A stretch of DNA of 64,000 nucleotides from a virus (lineage: Duplodnaviria > Caudoviricetes), in the IMG/VR virus record IMGVR_UViG_3300025708_000007, positions 26,968-90,967 of that record; one strand, given 5' to 3'. Positions 54,466 through 63,480 of the stretch are shown here, piece after piece (the first letter of the stretch is position 1; the number at the start of each line of letters is the position of its first letter). Under the pieces are notes generated by a model, which was given only the letters and a program-made list of their open reading frames with translations, ran no database searches and was not told the origin of the DNA. Made by a program: the position numbers and the translations under genes.

Positions 54466-54795
54466 ATGAATATCAGCGAATTGTTTGAAGAGATTCAAAA
54501 TAAATTTCTCCCCGAAGATTTAAATGGTGAATTGACACTACATGGAAATTGCATAATTTGGACATATAATCTTGATGAAGAAGAAGTTGAGATTATTGTT
54601 CCTAATGATGACGAAGATGAAGATGCGCCATTGTTTGACTTCGAATCTTCAAGTTCAGAAGAATTATTGCAAGATGCATACGATGAAGATATTTTACTTA
54701 TTGAACAACTTTTGGATGAATTAGAAGAAAGCGGTAATTGGTCGTTCTCAGAACCAGAAATAAGTGAAAATATCATATCCTTTAAAATTTTTTAA
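54466..54795 (+). CDS. Highly acidic hypothetical protein
   Basis: D/E-rich 109 aa. Confidence 0.6.
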   Translation: MNISELFEEIQNKFLPEDLNGELTLHGNCIIWTYNLDEEEVEIIVPNDDEDEDAPLFDFESSSSEELLQDAYDEDILLIEQLLDELEESGNWSFSEPEISENIISFKIF

Positions 54796-54849
54796 AAAAC
54801 ATGTAACAATTTGATTTGTTTTTCGTATAATTGCAAAAACAAATCAGTA

Positions 54850-55857
54850 ATGGGCGGTAAAGCATTAAATAAGTACGGTGTATTCACCGAAAGGAAAAAT
54901 ACTGACGAATTCAAGCAGATAGGTACTGAATTGAAAAATAAGGTGCTTACCGAATTGGCATTGGAGTGTACTGTGGTTCAGTGTTACCACACTAAAGAAA
55001 CACATGGTGATTTGGATTTATTGATAAAAATGCCAAAAGACAGGCAAATAGCTTGGAGAGAATTCATAGCATATAGATTGCAACCGCAAGCTATACACAA
55101 CAATGGTGGTGTATATTCTTTCGATTACAAAAATTTCCAAGTTGACTTTATTCCAATAAAGGAAGATAAATGGGAAATAGCGCAAACCTATTACTCATAC
55201 GACCCGCTTGGAAACATAATGGGTAAAACTTTCCACAAATTTGGATTGTCATATGGATGGGACGGATTGTTCTATAAGTACAGGAACTTTCGTGGTACAA
55301 ATTCTGCTGATATATTATTGACTACCGATGCAAAAAGAATATTTGATTTTGGTGGCTACAATTATGATAGATATTTGCAAGGCTTTGATACTTTGGAAGA
55401 CATATTCAAATTTGCAATTGACGGTATAAACTTTGATGCTGAAATGTTTAAAATAGAAAACCTTAAAAGCATCGATAAAAAAAGAAACCGTAAACGTGGC
55501 TCATACCATTTATTTTTGAATTATCTGGAAGAAAATGACATACGGACAAAAAAGGATTTTAATCCCGATAAGTCAGTATATATAACCGCAATTGATTTCT
55601 TCTTTCCTGAAGTGAATCTTAAAAATAAGCTTCAGGAATTGCAGGAAAAGGATAGTCTTGATATGTTCATATCGCAAAAATTTAATGGTGATATTGTAAT
55701 GTCATGGCTTCCAAATCTTAAAGGAAAGGAATTGGGTGAAGCGATGTCGAAATTCAAAAGTCAATTCGAAGGCAATGATTTTAAAACATTTATCTTAACT
55801 GCTGATTATCAAACAATATACAAGAAATTCATGCAAGTCTATAATGGGGAGCGTTAG
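54850..55857 (+). CDS. Pol-beta superfamily nucleotidyltransferase (possible tRNA end-repair or CCA-adding enzyme)
   Basis: HGDLDLL and FQVDFI acidic triad. Confidence 0.6.
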   Translation: MGGKALNKYGVFTERKNTDEFKQIGTELKNKVLTELALECTVVQCYHTKETHGDLDLLIKMPKDRQIAWREFIAYRLQPQAIHNNGGVYSFDYKNFQVDFIPIKEDKWEIAQTYYSYDPLGNIMGKTFHKFGLSYGWDGLFYKYRNFRGTNSADILLTTDAKRIFDFGGYNYDRYLQGFDTLEDIFKFAIDGINFDAEMFKIENLKSIDKKRNRKRGSYHLFLNYLEENDIRTKKDFNPDKSVYITAIDFFFPEVNLKNKLQELQEKDSLDMFISQKFNGDIVMSWLPNLKGKELGEAMSKFKSQFEGNDFKTFILTADYQTIYKKFMQVYNGER

Positions 55858-56731
55858 TCAAAATAAGGAGAGGAACAATATCCTTAAAGTTGGAAGCAAA
55901 AATCTGAATGCTGAAAACTGGCTCGTTTTCCACCCCAATGGAAGGCATATGTTTACTTGTGGTGAGAAGAAGGCGTTCTGGTATTTGGAAAGAGAATTAG
56001 CCAAACAAATTGGTGAAAGAGAAATTGAACTCACTTTTGTTCCAAAAGGAAATGGCTTTGAGGATAACGAAGAATTTGGTCGGAGTATCCGTGAATCCAG
56101 ATGTGTTGTAACCGGGATGGAAGAAGGACTGCAACGGCATCATATTGTGCCGTACTGCTACCGTTCTTACTTCCCGGAACAATACAAATCCAAAAATCAT
56201 CACGATGTGGTGCTTGTTAATCACGAAATACATTCAGAATACGAGCAAAAAGCAAATGAATATAAAGATGTTATTGCCGAAATGTATGGGGTGAAAACAA
56301 TAAGCGAACTTAATGCCGAATATACCAGAAATTTACGTGAGAGAGGCAAAGGAAATTCTATTTTGCTGAATGCAATTCATTCACTATTTAAATCATATGG
56401 AAAAATGCCTGATGAAATAAAATTCGAAAAATTGCGTTTTATATCGGAACACACCAATATCCCTTACAGCACAATAGGAAGCTTCAGTTACATTCAAATG
56501 TATAAACTATATCTCCTACTGAAAGAGGAACATTTGACGCAAATGTACGTATTTAAAGAAGAAAATAGAAAATATTACGACCACGGATATCATGTAGTAC
56601 AAAAACTTGACACTGAAGATAAAATTGAAGAGTTTGTTAAGCTGTGGAGAAATCATTTTATCGATACAATGAACCCAATGTATATGCCAAACGGCTGGTC
56701 AATTGATTTTAGAATAAAAACAAAAATTTAA
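55844..56731 (+). CDS. HNH-like protein
   Basis: CVVTG...HHIVPYCYR...HDVVLV...H. Confidence 0.55.
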   Translation: MGSVSQNKERNNILKVGSKNLNAENWLVFHPNGRHMFTCGEKKAFWYLERELAKQIGEREIELTFVPKGNGFEDNEEFGRSIRESRCVVTGMEEGLQRHHIVPYCYRSYFPEQYKSKNHHDVVLVNHEIHSEYEQKANEYKDVIAEMYGVKTISELNAEYTRNLRERGKGNSILLNAIHSLFKSYGKMPDEIKFEKLRFISEHTNIPYSTIGSFSYIQMYKLYLLLKEEHLTQMYVFKEENRKYYDHGYHVVQKLDTEDKIEEFVKLWRNHFIDTMNPMYMPNGWSIDFRIKTKI

Positions 56732-56786
56732 AAACATTTGCATAATCAAAATAATATGCTTATACTTGCATTGAAAAAATAAAAGC

Positions 56787-57047
56787 ATGGGAACTATATT
56801 TCAAATCATTTTAACAATCATTGCTTGGAATCGTGGATGGAGATGGCTATCATTAATTCCAATTGCTGTTGGATTAGTATTGGGATTTTTGATTGGTGCT
56901 ATTGGTATTAGCATGGGATACTCCATTGAAGATTTGAGATGGTCAATCATTCTTGACCTTTTGCTTTATGCCGTTTTAATTTATATGTACTTAAAGCCGA
57001 AACAGAATAATACTGAAAAATTACCGGAAGAAAATAATAAACAATAA
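56787..57047 (+). CDS. Small membrane protein
   Basis: Hydrophobic segments. Confidence 0.6.
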   Translation: MGTIFQIILTIIAWNRGWRWLSLIPIAVGLVLGFLIGAIGISMGYSIEDLRWSIILDLLLYAVLIYMYLKPKQNNTEKLPEENNKQ

Positions 57048-57051
57048 GAAT

Positions 57052-57552
57052 ATGAAACTTTACAAAGCATTAAAGCTAAGAAAAAAACTCATTGGCGAAA
57101 TCGCTCAGTTGAAATCGAAGATTCAACAGAAGAACTCATACATGGTGGGTTCATTAAATCCTGAAAAATATAACGTACAGAAGCTTTACGATGAACTTGT
57201 TGGCAAAATCGACCTGCTCACTGGTCTGAAATTTGCAATCAATGAGGCAAATCGTGAAATTCAGTCAAAAATATACGTTATCGCTGAATACAAAGCATTA
57301 ATTGCTTTCTGGAATAGCGTAAATACCACAGAAGGTATGCAGGAAGCCGGAAGATTCGGTTCTGAGTCTCTGAGGGAATATAAGGCACAGGTTGATGACG
57401 AAACCCGCAATAAATATGTTGCTGATTTCCAAAAGCGTGTTGATGCAATTCAGGAAGAAATCGACACTTATAACTACACCACCGAAATTCCTTGGGATGA
57501 GCCGGGTGAAGATGAAAAAATTCCTTTCATCGAAGAACCAAAAGCCGAATAA
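57052..57552 (+). CDS. DIP1984-like coiled-coil protein
   Basis: MKLYKALKLRKKL...IQEEIDTYNYTT. Confidence 0.55.
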   Translation: MKLYKALKLRKKLIGEIAQLKSKIQQKNSYMVGSLNPEKYNVQKLYDELVGKIDLLTGLKFAINEANREIQSKIYVIAEYKALIAFWNSVNTTEGMQEAGRFGSESLREYKAQVDDETRNKYVADFQKRVDAIQEEIDTYNYTTEIPWDEPGEDEKIPFIEEPKAE

Positions 57553-57761
57553 TACAACTGGAGTGTTGTGCTGAGTAACTTAGTGAGTTGATTCTGCGCA
57601 AGATTTGCGTTCTGACAATTATGGTAAAAGATAATGACATTGAGTTTTCAAGATTTATGCTCTCATGATTATCAAGATTTAAGCATCATACCTCAAGCCT
57701 CATTTACCATCAATTTCATTTCGAGAAAAGCACACACTTCTTTTTTTCTTAGACCGTAAAA

Positions 57762-58832
57762 ATGGAAAATATAAAAGCTAAATTCGATTTTGATGATATC
57801 CTCATCGTTCCAAGTGTAAACACACACGTTACAAGCAGATACAAAGATATTAAACTTCCAAAAAAACTTCCATTATTTACCGCACCAATGGACACTGTGG
57901 TAAATCTTGATAATTTTAACACTTTTTTAGAAAATGGGATTCATGTTACGCTTCCACGTACAATTAAATATGACCAATTTTTGGCACGTGAAATTGTGAG
58001 TGGGTCGAAAAGTGATAAAGGCGTGTTTGTAAGTATGGGTTTTGAAGATTTGGATAGATATTACAAAACCAATTTTAAAGATTTCCATAAAAATGCACAT
58101 ATTTTAATTGATATCGCCAATGGTCATATGCAAAAAATTGTTGACTATTGCCGGGAAATGAAAAGATTAAGACCAGATATTATTATTATGGTTGGCAATA
58201 TTGCCAATCCTGAGACATATCGCTGGTATTGCCAAAATAACTGCGTTGATTATATTCGAATTGGTATTGGGAATGGAAATGGTTGTCTTACAACGAAGCA
58301 GTCTGGAATTGGTTATCCAATGGCATCGCTAATTCATGAAATCAAACAAATAAAAAATGAATTTGAAAGCGATGATGTTGATATAGTTCCCCCGGAAATC
58401 GTTGCTGATGGTGGAATGAAAGATTATTCCGATGTGATAAAATCATTAGCACTTGGTGCTGATTATGTCATGATTGGCTCAATATTCAATAAAGCATTCG
58501 AAAGTGCTGCAGATAACTATCTTTACGGTTTTAAATTAAGCAAAAATTTTGCAGAGAAACTTTTTGACAGAGGATATCCAATAAAGAAATATTTCAGAGG
58601 TATGAGTACCAAGGAAGCGCAAAAAGCAATGGGAAAGACCAGTTTTAAGACTTCTGAAGGCGTTGTAAGAATCAGACGAGTAGAATATCACCTGAGTGGT
58701 TGGGTTGAAAATTTCGAGCATTATTTACGTAATATGATGAGTTATGTAAATGCGAAAGAATTAGATGAATTTATAGGAAATGTTCAGATTTGTCAAATTT
58801 CAAAAAACGCATATGATAGATTTAACAAATAA
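57762..58832 (+). CDS. IMP dehydrogenase / GMP reductase family protein
   Basis: APMDTV; DIANGH; GIGNGNGCLT; ADGG; FRGMS. Confidence 0.9.
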   Translation: MENIKAKFDFDDILIVPSVNTHVTSRYKDIKLPKKLPLFTAPMDTVVNLDNFNTFLENGIHVTLPRTIKYDQFLAREIVSGSKSDKGVFVSMGFEDLDRYYKTNFKDFHKNAHILIDIANGHMQKIVDYCREMKRLRPDIIIMVGNIANPETYRWYCQNNCVDYIRIGIGNGNGCLTTKQSGIGYPMASLIHEIKQIKNEFESDDVDIVPPEIVADGGMKDYSDVIKSLALGADYVMIGSIFNKAFESAADNYLYGFKLSKNFAEKLFDRGYPIKKYFRGMSTKEAQKAMGKTSFKTSEGVVRIRRVEYHLSGWVENFEHYLRNMMSYVNAKELDEFIGNVQICQISKNAYDRFNK

Positions 58833-59205
58833 AAGTGTTGAAGAAATAAACGGACTTATTCAAAAATACGCTCCCTTATTGGAATTAACTAAGAATAAAA
58901 AGGAAATTCCATATTTAGCATATGTATTAGATATTGCCATCAAACACATTGAAACAAATCATAATGAAAAACATAAAGACCAAAAAGCGTGGGCAGCAAC
59001 AATTGTTAGGTCACAATATTTGGATGGGAAAATAAAAAGAGAATCTGAGATTACACAAACAATTGATGAATTTTTTCAGTACATTGAAGATGAACTTGAA
59101 AGATATCTCAGCAATATGGTTGGTACTGATTTAGAGGCAGGGTTTGCACATCAATTCATGGAGAAAAAAAATCGGCAACCAAAGATTGCCGACTTCCATT
59201 TGTAG
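58813..59205 (+). CDS. Hypothetical protein
   Basis: 130-aa ORF. Confidence 0.6.
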   Translation: MIDLTNKSVEEINGLIQKYAPLLELTKNKKEIPYLAYVLDIAIKHIETNHNEKHKDQKAWAATIVRSQYLDGKIKRESEITQTIDEFFQYIEDELERYLSNMVGTDLEAGFAHQFMEKKNRQPKIADFHL

Positions 59206-59217
59206 TTTCGTATCTAA

Positions 59218-59397
59218 TTAATAATCACCCGTTTGTTCTACTTCTTCGAGCCACAATTCATATCTTGCTTGCTTTTCTTCCATTTTATCAATTTTCTTCT
59301 GTGAAATGCCACATTTTTTCATTTCTGCAACTTTTTGTTTAAATTTCTTAGCTCTGTGGTCTAAAACTTTCAAGTCTCTGTCTTTTTTTGCGCCCAT
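59218..59397 (-). CDS. Small basic hypothetical protein
   Basis: MGAKKDRDLKVLDHRAKK...; GTATTTAT motif upstream. Confidence 0.45.
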   Translation of the reverse strand: MGAKKDRDLKVLDHRAKKFKQKVAEMKKCGISQKKIDKMEEKQARYELWLEEVEQTGDY

Positions 59398-59494
59398 GAT
59401 AGTATTGTTTTATATTAAATTATTTTCTTATAAATACTAAAAGACTTGCATTCCAATCCAAATTTTATTATATTTGGGAAAAGATATTTTCTAA

Positions 59495-59704
59495 ATGGAA
59501 AGATTCATTAAATATAAAAGAATTGAAGAAAAATTAACATTACCAGAACTACAAGTCCTCTTTGATGAATTAATTACAGATGGATTTGAAATTATCTATT
59601 ACAACGAAAAAAAAGAAGAAGTAAATAATGTTTGGGGTAAACCTGAGATTAATGTTGTAATTGTGGCTGGTAAGAAGCAAAATGATTTAAAATCAGTCTT
59701 ATGA
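59495..59704 (+). CDS. Hypothetical protein
   Basis: 69-aa ORF. Confidence 0.55.
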   Translation: MERFIKYKRIEEKLTLPELQVLFDELITDGFEIIYYNEKKEEVNNVWGKPEINVVIVAGKKQNDLKSVL

Positions 59705-59883
59705 GTACAGATAGAAATCCGGGTTATCTGGTAGAAACCAAAACCGGGAAAAAGGGGAAAACATATCATCGTGAACCGTTGGTAAATAAAAAGCAAGTTG
59801 TTCATGTTGAAGATGAAACAGGCAAAGAATATAAACTTCTTTGTGACCCTAAAACAGTAAAAATAATTGGATATTTTGATTAA
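59701..59883 (+). CDS. Hypothetical protein
   Basis: 60-aa ORF. Confidence 0.55.
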   Translation: MSTDRNPGYLVETKTGKKGKTYHREPLVNKKQVVHVEDETGKEYKLLCDPKTVKIIGYFD

Positions 59884-59887
59884 CAAC

Positions 59888-60277
59888 ATGGATACTGAAC
59901 TTAGAAATTTACAAAAGGGTCACACATACTTGCTTTTACGCAATCATGGTAGCGTATTTGCAGCAAAAATTCTTTTAATTACAGATAAGGCATATCATAT
60001 TCGTTGGGACAGTGGAAACGAAACGTGGGAACTCAAAGAAAGTTTGTACATTCAGTATAGTTTAATTGAAGATATTAGCGATTATGTAACATCAGAAAAA
60101 AAGGATGTTGAGCCAGTAGTATTAGAAGCCAAGACAGAACTGGTGCAATGTTATATTTGTCACGGCATGGGAACAATTCCTGAACCAAGTTCAACTGCCG
60201 GAAAAAAAACATGTCCCGCATGTAATGGAGCTAAATTAGTTCCTAAAGTGATAAGTGTTGCACCGAAAATAGAGTAA
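59888..60277 (+). CDS. Protein with C-terminal DnaJ-type CxxCxGxG zinc finger
   Basis: CYICHGMG...CPACNGAK. Confidence 0.65.
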   Translation: MDTELRNLQKGHTYLLLRNHGSVFAAKILLITDKAYHIRWDSGNETWELKESLYIQYSLIEDISDYVTSEKKDVEPVVLEAKTELVQCYICHGMGTIPEPSSTAGKKTCPACNGAKLVPKVISVAPKIE

Positions 60278-60316
60278 TTCATCTGATTGAAACGTATTTA
60301 TTAAAAAGAACTTTTA

Positions 60317-60892
60317 ATGAAACGTTCCGTTTTTCAAGTTATAAAAGAAGAAGTCCAGAACTTTTTTTCTGATTGGCAAATGGGTGATGAACCAAGCATC
60401 GCTGATAAGTACTATGAAAAATATCACGGTATAGATGCTGGCGACCCAAATAAAGAAGCCAAGCAAGTAGACGCAGAAGTGATTGGCTATGTTACAACTG
60501 ATTGGGGTAGAAGAAAATTAGAAACCGCAATTCCAATATATAAAAATCCAAGGTCGCTTGAAGGTATCGGTAAAACTGCAAGAGGAATTTTAATGCAAAA
60601 TGGCGATTTTTATGTTGCAAAAACATATTATGGCGCACATGAAATTATTCTGGAAGAACTTGCAAAAAAAGGAATTGTTCCCCAAGGATTGGATACTGAT
60701 TATATGCATGAATTACCCGATGAATTTATTGCTGTACAGAGAAATGAAAGTACCAATGTATTTGTACAATCAGATGCTTATCGACAATTCCCGGAGAAAT
60801 ATCAACAAATTTTCAATAATGCTAATAGGCTGCATCCATATAAGTTTGAATTTATGAAAATTGTTGACGAATATGTTGAAAAGCGCAAATAG
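60317..60892 (+). CDS. Hypothetical protein with VIKEEV leader
   Basis: 191-aa ORF. Confidence 0.65.
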   Translation: MKRSVFQVIKEEVQNFFSDWQMGDEPSIADKYYEKYHGIDAGDPNKEAKQVDAEVIGYVTTDWGRRKLETAIPIYKNPRSLEGIGKTARGILMQNGDFYVAKTYYGAHEIILEELAKKGIVPQGLDTDYMHELPDEFIAVQRNESTNVFVQSDAYRQFPEKYQQIFNNANRLHPYKFEFMKIVDEYVEKRK

Positions 60893-61298
60893 AAGAAAAG
60901 TCCTACTTATTTTAGAATGGTGCATCTCAAATTTTGGAATATCAAAGTATTGTGACGATTTTCCGTCACTTAGAGTATATAAATCAAAAGGAACTTCAGA
61001 GTACTATGCCGATGAATCAGGTGTGCGTGGAACTTATGGCGATGGATTAATTACCATATATTTGGGCACAATTTCATCATATAGAGATTTATGTGCAACA
61101 GTCATACACGAATACAAGCATTATCTTATGAACAATGAAGAATACTTAAAAATTGAGAAAAAAATGTTTAAAGTGTGCCCGGACAATGATTATGTATATG
61201 AAAATCATCCACACGAAAAACGTGCTTTTAAAGCAGAAGAAAAATGGGGTGGTGTTTGTTACGAAGAATTAAAAACAGAATTTCGTAAACGAAAGTGA
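60873..61298 (+). CDS. HExxH zincin-like protein
   Basis: VIHEYKH...YENHPHEKRA. Confidence 0.7.
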   Translation: MLKSANRRKVLLILEWCISNFGISKYCDDFPSLRVYKSKGTSEYYADESGVRGTYGDGLITIYLGTISSYRDLCATVIHEYKHYLMNNEEYLKIEKKMFKVCPDNDYVYENHPHEKRAFKAEEKWGGVCYEELKTEFRKRK

Positions 61299-61318
61299 CT
61301 ATTTTTTTTAATTTTTTC

Positions 61319-61699
61319 TTATTTTCCGAGCATTTCTAATGCTTTCTGTAAGCCAAACTCCATTGCATCTTCATATGTTTGGTATTCTTCATCACGTGCA
61401 TCATTTTGTGGTATACCATTAATATAAGCAACATAATCACGATATTCTCCATTTCCGTTCTTTGTGGAAGAATAAGCATAAACCTGAAGATTGTGCATAT
61501 CTCTCAACCATTTGGCAAGATGTGATTGTGTTGGTGCTGTAAACCAAATGTCAGGATTGGACTTGTTATGATTATCATAGTGGTGTAAACCCTCATATCC
61601 ATCAAATACACCCCATAGATGACTACAATACTCATCAAAGCCACATTTCCTTGCAAGTTTTGCTGTCTCGTAATTAATTCTTCTTTCTTGTATTAACAT
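61319..61699 (-). CDS. Hypothetical protein
   Basis: APTQSHLAKWLRD...YEDAMEFGL. Confidence 0.7.
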   Translation of the reverse strand: MLIQERRINYETAKLARKCGFDEYCSHLWGVFDGYEGLHHYDNHNKSNPDIWFTAPTQSHLAKWLRDMHNLQVYAYSSTKNGNGEYRDYVAYINGIPQNDARDEEYQTYEDAMEFGLQKALEMLGK

Positions 61700-61710
61700 G
61701 ATGGTACGTG

Positions 61711-62187
61711 TTAAAGTGTATCAAATTCCGGTATCCAACGTTTCGGTAATCTCTTGAAAACAAGATTAACCTCTTTTTCTTTTTTCAGGTCAGAGAAGTC
61801 TTTATAAACTCCACCCTCACCAGACTTGTGAACAGTATATTTGTCACGCCTGTCCGAACGCCTTCTGCTTCTACGTGGTTCAAAAATGTAAACACGTTCT
61901 TTCCAGAATTTCCAATGTCCTCTGGAACGACCTTCACTCCACATTGAAATATAGCAGAAATAATGTGTGTAATGTTTTTTGAGATATTTTTCAACTTCTC
62001 CCCGGAAACCACGAAGAATAAAATTACCGTGATGCTTCGAATATACAAATATCATTGTACGTGCACCTTCAAACCAATCGGGTTTACCTGTGGCTGGAAC
62101 ATCAATGATTGGATATTTGCCCTTTTCTGCGGGAAATTTCTGTGTCATCGACACTTCGAATTTTACATTTTCACCTACGTTGTCCAT
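61711..62187 (-). CDS. Hypothetical protein
   Basis: 158-aa ORF. Confidence 0.6.
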   Translation of the reverse strand: MDNVGENVKFEVSMTQKFPAEKGKYPIIDVPATGKPDWFEGARTMIFVYSKHHGNFILRGFRGEVEKYLKKHYTHYFCYISMWSEGRSRGHWKFWKERVYIFEPRRSRRRSDRRDKYTVHKSGEGGVYKDFSDLKKEKEVNLVFKRLPKRWIPEFDTL

Positions 62188-62334
62188 AATTTTAAGTTAA
62201 AAGTTTAGGCAGGTGCGGGAACATATCGACCATTGTTAAGCATTATATATTTGAGCCAGATTCCCGCACCATCGGATTTGTTATGCAATCTATTAAAGAA
62301 CCACCATCTGCCGAAGCAGAACCCAAACAGTTTG

Positions 62335-62500
62335 TGAGGGCAGAGGGAGTCGAACCCCCACGAAGACCGGACACTTCAAAAACAAACAATTGCGCACTCA
62401 TTCATTAAATTCGCATCCAATCTTTCCGTTAACGTGCTGTACATCACAACGGAACTCCACCCAAAACAGGTGGCAACTCTACCAATTCGTCTACACCCTC
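62335..62500 (-). ncRNA. 166-nt tRNA-like RNA with ~95-nt insertion in the variable region
   Basis: Minus strand: GAGGGTG / TGCCCTC-A, D loop AATTGGTAG, CCACC/GGTGG arm, GGGGG TTCGACT CCCTC. Confidence 0.65.
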
Positions 62501-62510
62501 ATTAATTCAA

Positions 62511-62612
62511 TGAACCGGGACGGTGGGGACTTTTACCCCAGCGAAGGAAGTTTACGTTTCCTTTTGCAACCTTACGTTAGGCTTAACCATCTTGGATTGC
62601 CGTCCGTTTCTT
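62511..62612 (-). ncRNA. Candidate tRNA-like RNA (closing stem plus T-like arm)
   Basis: Minus strand: GGACGG / CCGTCC; TGGGG TAAAAGT CCCCA. Confidence 0.4.
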
Positions 62613-62653
62613 TTTGCAATTATACGAATATTTTTTTAATTTGTTACAAAAAA

Positions 62654-63040
62654 TCAAATTTTTTTCACTTTAATTTCGAAATTCATTTCATTGGTGCTGG
62701 AACACAACCCATTAGGACTAACATACAAATAATTTCTTTTTGAATTTGCATACAGTGGAAGCTCACGAATCTTTACTGAATAGTCAGTACTGAGATTAAA
62801 AAACATCGACCCAACACTTTCTGGTAAACCATCCGGGTATGGTGTTGCGATGTTAAATTCAATTCCATTACATATTCGACTTCCTTCAATACGAAACGAA
62901 TTATTCTTTATTAAGCTAAGTGCAAGTGAAAGTTGTTCATATAATTGAATCTCTTCTTTTGTGCCAGAATTAGTTTGCCTTGCTTTTTCAATAACATCCA
63001 TTCTCGCATCCTCTATTTCGTCATCATCGTCATAAAACAT
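62654..63040 (-). CDS. Hypothetical protein
   Basis: ORF; start uncertain. Confidence 0.5.
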   Translation of the reverse strand: MFYDDDDEIEDARMDVIEKARQTNSGTKEEIQLYEQLSLALSLIKNNSFRIEGSRICNGIEFNIATPYPDGLPESVGSMFFNLSTDYSVKIRELPLYANSKRNYLYVSPNGLCSSTNEMNFEIKVKKI

Positions 63041-63155
63041 AGCAATAAATATTACAAACAAATATAGCATTTTTAATTCAGAATTCATAGGATTTTATAA
63101 AAAATTATACTTTTGGAAAGGTTGATGTATTTATATATGTGGGATTCAAAGTAAT

Positions 63156-63440
63156 ATGACAAAACTCACGTTAAGCAATATAAGGGAAGGTATTATTTTA
63201 TTTGGTGCACAAATGACATCATTTGCGGTTATCAGTATCAATTACAGAGCAATTGCACAGGCAAATTATCTATGGTCGGTGCTTACTGATATTGTGGTGG
63301 CAAGTATATCATTTTTTGTTGTAAGAAGAATCGCCAAATCAAATGCAAATAGCATTGCACAATGGATTGGATTTACAGTTGGCAGTGCAGTTGGAACGGT
63401 TATTGGAATCTTCATTTCCAAGCTAATTCTTGGGGGGTGA
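63156..63440 (+). CDS. Small multi-TM membrane protein
   Basis: Three hydrophobic segments; GSAVGTVIG. Confidence 0.65.
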   Translation: MTKLTLSNIREGIILFGAQMTSFAVISINYRAIAQANYLWSVLTDIVVASISFFVVRRIAKSNANSIAQWIGFTVGSAVGTVIGIFISKLILGG

Positions 63441-63480
63441 GAATTTATTATAATTAGTATTTATGTGAAAAATATACTAT

